This document shows, piece after piece, positions 61,501 through 64,000 of a stretch of 64,000 nucleotides of DNA (position 1 is its first letter; every line of letters begins with the position of its first letter). This DNA is from Macrostomum lignano (taxonomy: Eukaryota): positions 208,109 through 272,108 of the forward strand of contig NIVC01000557.1 in NCBI GenBank assembly GCA_002269645.1, given 5' to 3'. The position numbers and the translations under genes were made by a program. Below the pieces are notes generated by a model. It was not told the DNA's origin and made no database searches. It saw nothing but the letters and a program-made list of their open reading frames with translations.

Positions 61501-63764
61501 TTTAGCCTAGCAACCGATCTGTTTAGCCTATCAACCGATCTGTTTAGCCTGGCAACCGATCTGTATTAGCCTATCAACCGATTTGTTTAGCCCAGCAACC
61601 GATCTGTATTAGTCTAGCAACCGATCTGTATTGCCTATCAACCGATCTTTATTAGTCTAGCAACCGATTTGTATTGCCTAGCAACCGATCTGTTTATCCT
61701 AGCAACCTATCTACTTAATCAAATTCATTCGCCAGGTGCTGTCAGCCGCCTCCCGCGCCCATCCCTACCATTCGAGCATCTTGATCACCCGAGCCTCCTT
61801 GGCCGCCTTCCTGCACGGCCTCCGCCGCGCTGTTAACGTCTATCGCGCCCTCATCCAGTCCTGGACGGACCGGTTCGGCGACAGCGGTCGTCAGGAGGGC
61901 TCGGTGTTGGACCGCTGGCTGGGCCGACTGGACTCGGAGCTGATGGAGCGGGACCAGTCTGTGAAGCGGGAGTCTGCAGCCGCTAGCAGGATTGAGCACG
62001 CTTTCACCGAGCTGGTCACCGGCACCAGCGACTGCTCGCTTAGCGCCAGTGGCGGGCAGGCGTCCGGCCAGTCTGAGGCGCAGAGGTCTGTTGTGTCTGT
62101 CTGTTGTGTCTGTTGTCTATTGTATCAGTCTGTTGTGTCTGTCTGTTGTATCGGTCTGTTGTGTCTGTCTGTTGTGTCTGTCTGTTTTGTCTGTCTGTTG
62201 TGTCTGTCTGTTGTGTATGTTGTGTCTGTCTGTTGTGTCTGTCTGTTGTGTGTGTCTGTTGTGTCTGTCTGTTGTGTCTGTTGTGTCTGTCTGTTGTGTG
62301 TGTCTGTTGTGTCTGTCTGTTGTGTCTGTCTGTTGTGTCTGTTGTCTGTTCTTTTTCTGCCTGTGTGTTTAAGTTCGTTTGTTGGGCCTGCCTGCCTGTA
62401 TTTGTTCACCCTATAAATAAATGTATCCTAGATTTCCATTCTCACTAGTACTAGCTGGATAGTTCTCCTTACCCAACCCGAACCTTCAGGCTGCAGGTTC
62501 GAATCCTGCTGGAGCTGGCCGAGCTGTACGTGGATCACGGCATGCTGCAGGAGGCGGGCGACGCGGTGCGGGAATGCGAGCAGCTGGTGCGCCTCAGCCA
62601 TCACGTGCTGTATTTGCGCGGCAGAATTTTAGAGGCCTGCGATCAGCCGGCTAGAGCCAGGGAGGCCTATCAGGTGAGGCTTTTCATACTACTGATTCGG
62701 AGAAGTAGCAATTATTGAAATTTAATTTAAACCTTTTGATTAAGATTTAAAATAAAACTTCTAAGAAAAAACTGACTGACTGACTGACTGACTGACTGAC
62801 TGACTGACTGACTGACTGACTGACTGACTGACTGACTGACTGACTGACTGACTGACTGACTGACTGACTGACTGACTGACTGACTGACTGACTGACTGAC
62901 TGACTGACTGACTGACTGACTGACTGACTGACTGACTGACTGACTGACTGACTGACTGACTGACTGACTGACTGACTGACTGACTGACTGACTGACTGAC
63001 TGACTGACTGACTGACTGACTGACTGACTGACTGACTGACTGACTGACTGACTGACTGACTGACTGACTGACTGACTGACTGACTGACTGACTGACTGAC
63101 TGACCTGTCAGAGATACTGACTGACTGACTGACTGACCTGTCAGAGATGCTGACTGACTGACTGACTGACTGACTGACTGACTGACTGACTGACTGACTG
63201 ACTGACTGACTGACTGACTGACTGACTGACCTGTCAGAGATACTGACTGACTGACTGACTGACCTGTCAGAGATGCTGACTGACTGACTGACTGACTGAC
63301 CTGTCAGAGATGCTGACTGACTGACTGACTGACTGACCTGTCAGAGATGCTGACTGACTGACTGACTGACTGACCTGTCAGAGATGCTGACTGACTGACT
63401 GACTGACTGACTGACTGACTGACTGACTGACTGACCGACTGACTGAGAAACTAACTAACAGTTGGATAAAAATAATCATTTCCGCACCGCAGGACGCCGT
63501 GTCCATCAATCCCGGTCACGTGCGCTCTCTGCAACGCCTCGGACTGCTACTGATTCGTCAGGGCAATCTGCAGTTAGCTGAGAAAATCCTCACCGATGCC
63601 GTGAACTACCAGCCTACTAGCAGTAGGAGTTGGACTCTGCTAGGCCAGGCTCTGTCGCTCACTGGTCAGGAAGCGGAGGCGCCCAGTGCCTGTTGACGGC
63701 GGCTGAACTTGAGCAAACGGAACCGTTTGTGCCCTTCTACTTTCTGCCGAAAGGTGTGCCGTGA
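55537..63764 (+). CDS. TTC7: TPR protein TTC7 (PI4KA complex scaffold, Ypp1-like); exons 55537-55681, 57769-58091, 58949-59179, 59821-60294, 60862-61281, 61736-62085, 62490-62673, 63493-63764; 1-nt frameshift near 63682
   Basis: ETEFEKYRLEEKW, CYERAGD, LSRQLAEILLRG, LEHAMKFSF, AHLLAL, LYLRGRILE and LAEKILTDAV match TTC7A/B. All introns are GT-AG with compatible phases. Confidence 0.92.
56161..57164 (+). mobile_element. Degenerate mariner element in TTC7 intron 1
   Basis: TA-flanked TIRs TGAGGGGTATCCAGAAAAT / ATTTTCTGGACATCCCTCA; HTH-like ISTITVNKWMNKFRGE and LSACWVP (WVPHEL-type) remnants. Confidence 0.82.
58171..58812. repeat. 30-bp minisatellite (TGTCTGTTACAGAACTGTCTGTAATTAAGC)n, TTC7 intron 2
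   Basis: Direct tandem repeats. Confidence 0.94.
59250..59712. repeat. ~30-bp minisatellite (ATTAAGCTACCAGCCTCCCAGATCCCCCAG)n, TTC7 intron 3
   Basis: Diverged tandem repeats. Confidence 0.9.
60384..60693 (+). mobile_element. tRNA-derived SINE with a CORE-like central domain, TTC7 intron 4
   Basis: A box TAGCCTAGTGG; B-box-like GGATTCGATTC; central GTGTCCTTGAGCAAGACACTTAACTC...CAGCTGTAAAAGGG resembling the CORE domain; (TAG)n tail. Confidence 0.78.
61330..61712. repeat. ~21-bp minisatellite (CCTAGCAACCGATCTGTTTAG)n, TTC7 intron 5
   Basis: Direct tandem repeats. Confidence 0.92.
62086..62345. repeat. ~13-bp TG-rich minisatellite (TCTGTTGTGTCTG)n, TTC7 intron 6
   Basis: Begins at the splice donor; the overlapping V/S/C-rich ORFs are artefacts. 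Confidence 0.92.
62771..63446. repeat. (TGAC)n microsatellite, ~670 bp, with periodic CTGTCAGAGA interruptions, TTC7 intron 7
   Basis: Seen directly in the sequence. Confidence 0.98.
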
Positions 63765-63849
63765 CCTGTTAGCGGTATATATTTCTCTCTGGTTCGGCAA
63801 ATTGTGCCTCTGGAGTCGGAGTTAATTTTCTATTTGAATTATTCTGTTA

Positions 63850-63852
<3 letters not shown>

Positions 63853-63892
<40 letters not shown>
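63853..63892. repeat. (GT)n microsatellite
   Basis: About 20 dinucleotide units downstream of TTC7. Confidence 0.97.
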
Positions 63893-63894
<2 letters not shown>

Positions 63895-64000
63895 ATATTG
63901 TGTTTTGTTTTTATTCACTGAAAGCTTTTTCTTTCGACCCTAAAAAAACAAAATTTACTAATGCAAACTTATTGACTTGATGCAATTCTTATTGTAAGAA

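Noticed and set aside
58134-62448. NYRQFCNRQL-, SVTELSVIKL- and VVSVCC-repeat ORFs
   Set aside because: Translations of TTC7 intronic minisatellites.

Overview
Animal (metazoan) genomic DNA with GC-rich exons and minisatellite-filled introns. The style suggests a Macrostomum-like flatworm, but that is inference only. Positions 1-25745 are two near-identical tandem copies of a ~12.99-kb unit. The unit carries a ZC4H2 orthologue, two hAT-type MITEs and MED19 exon 1, and only the second copy continues into a complete MED19. A complete 5-exon SCFD1/Sly1 gene follows. Next is a tandem cluster of four effector-less C2H2 zinc-finger genes plus one relic. Their 84-bp fingers are homogenised and vary mainly at DNA-contact positions -1, +3 and +6 (a PRDM9-like pattern), and each gene is trailed by a 24-bp VNTR. 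A full-length but disabled Ty3/Gypsy element, with a hAT MITE nested in its 3' LTR, sits just upstream of the third ZF gene. The right end holds mariner and BEL/Pao relics and an 8-exon TTC7 gene with a tRNA-derived CORE-like SINE and a 1-nt frameshift in its last exon. Most ORFs in the supplied track are artefacts of tandem repeats or antisense frames. All alignments were made by eye against remembered family sequences, with no database searches.
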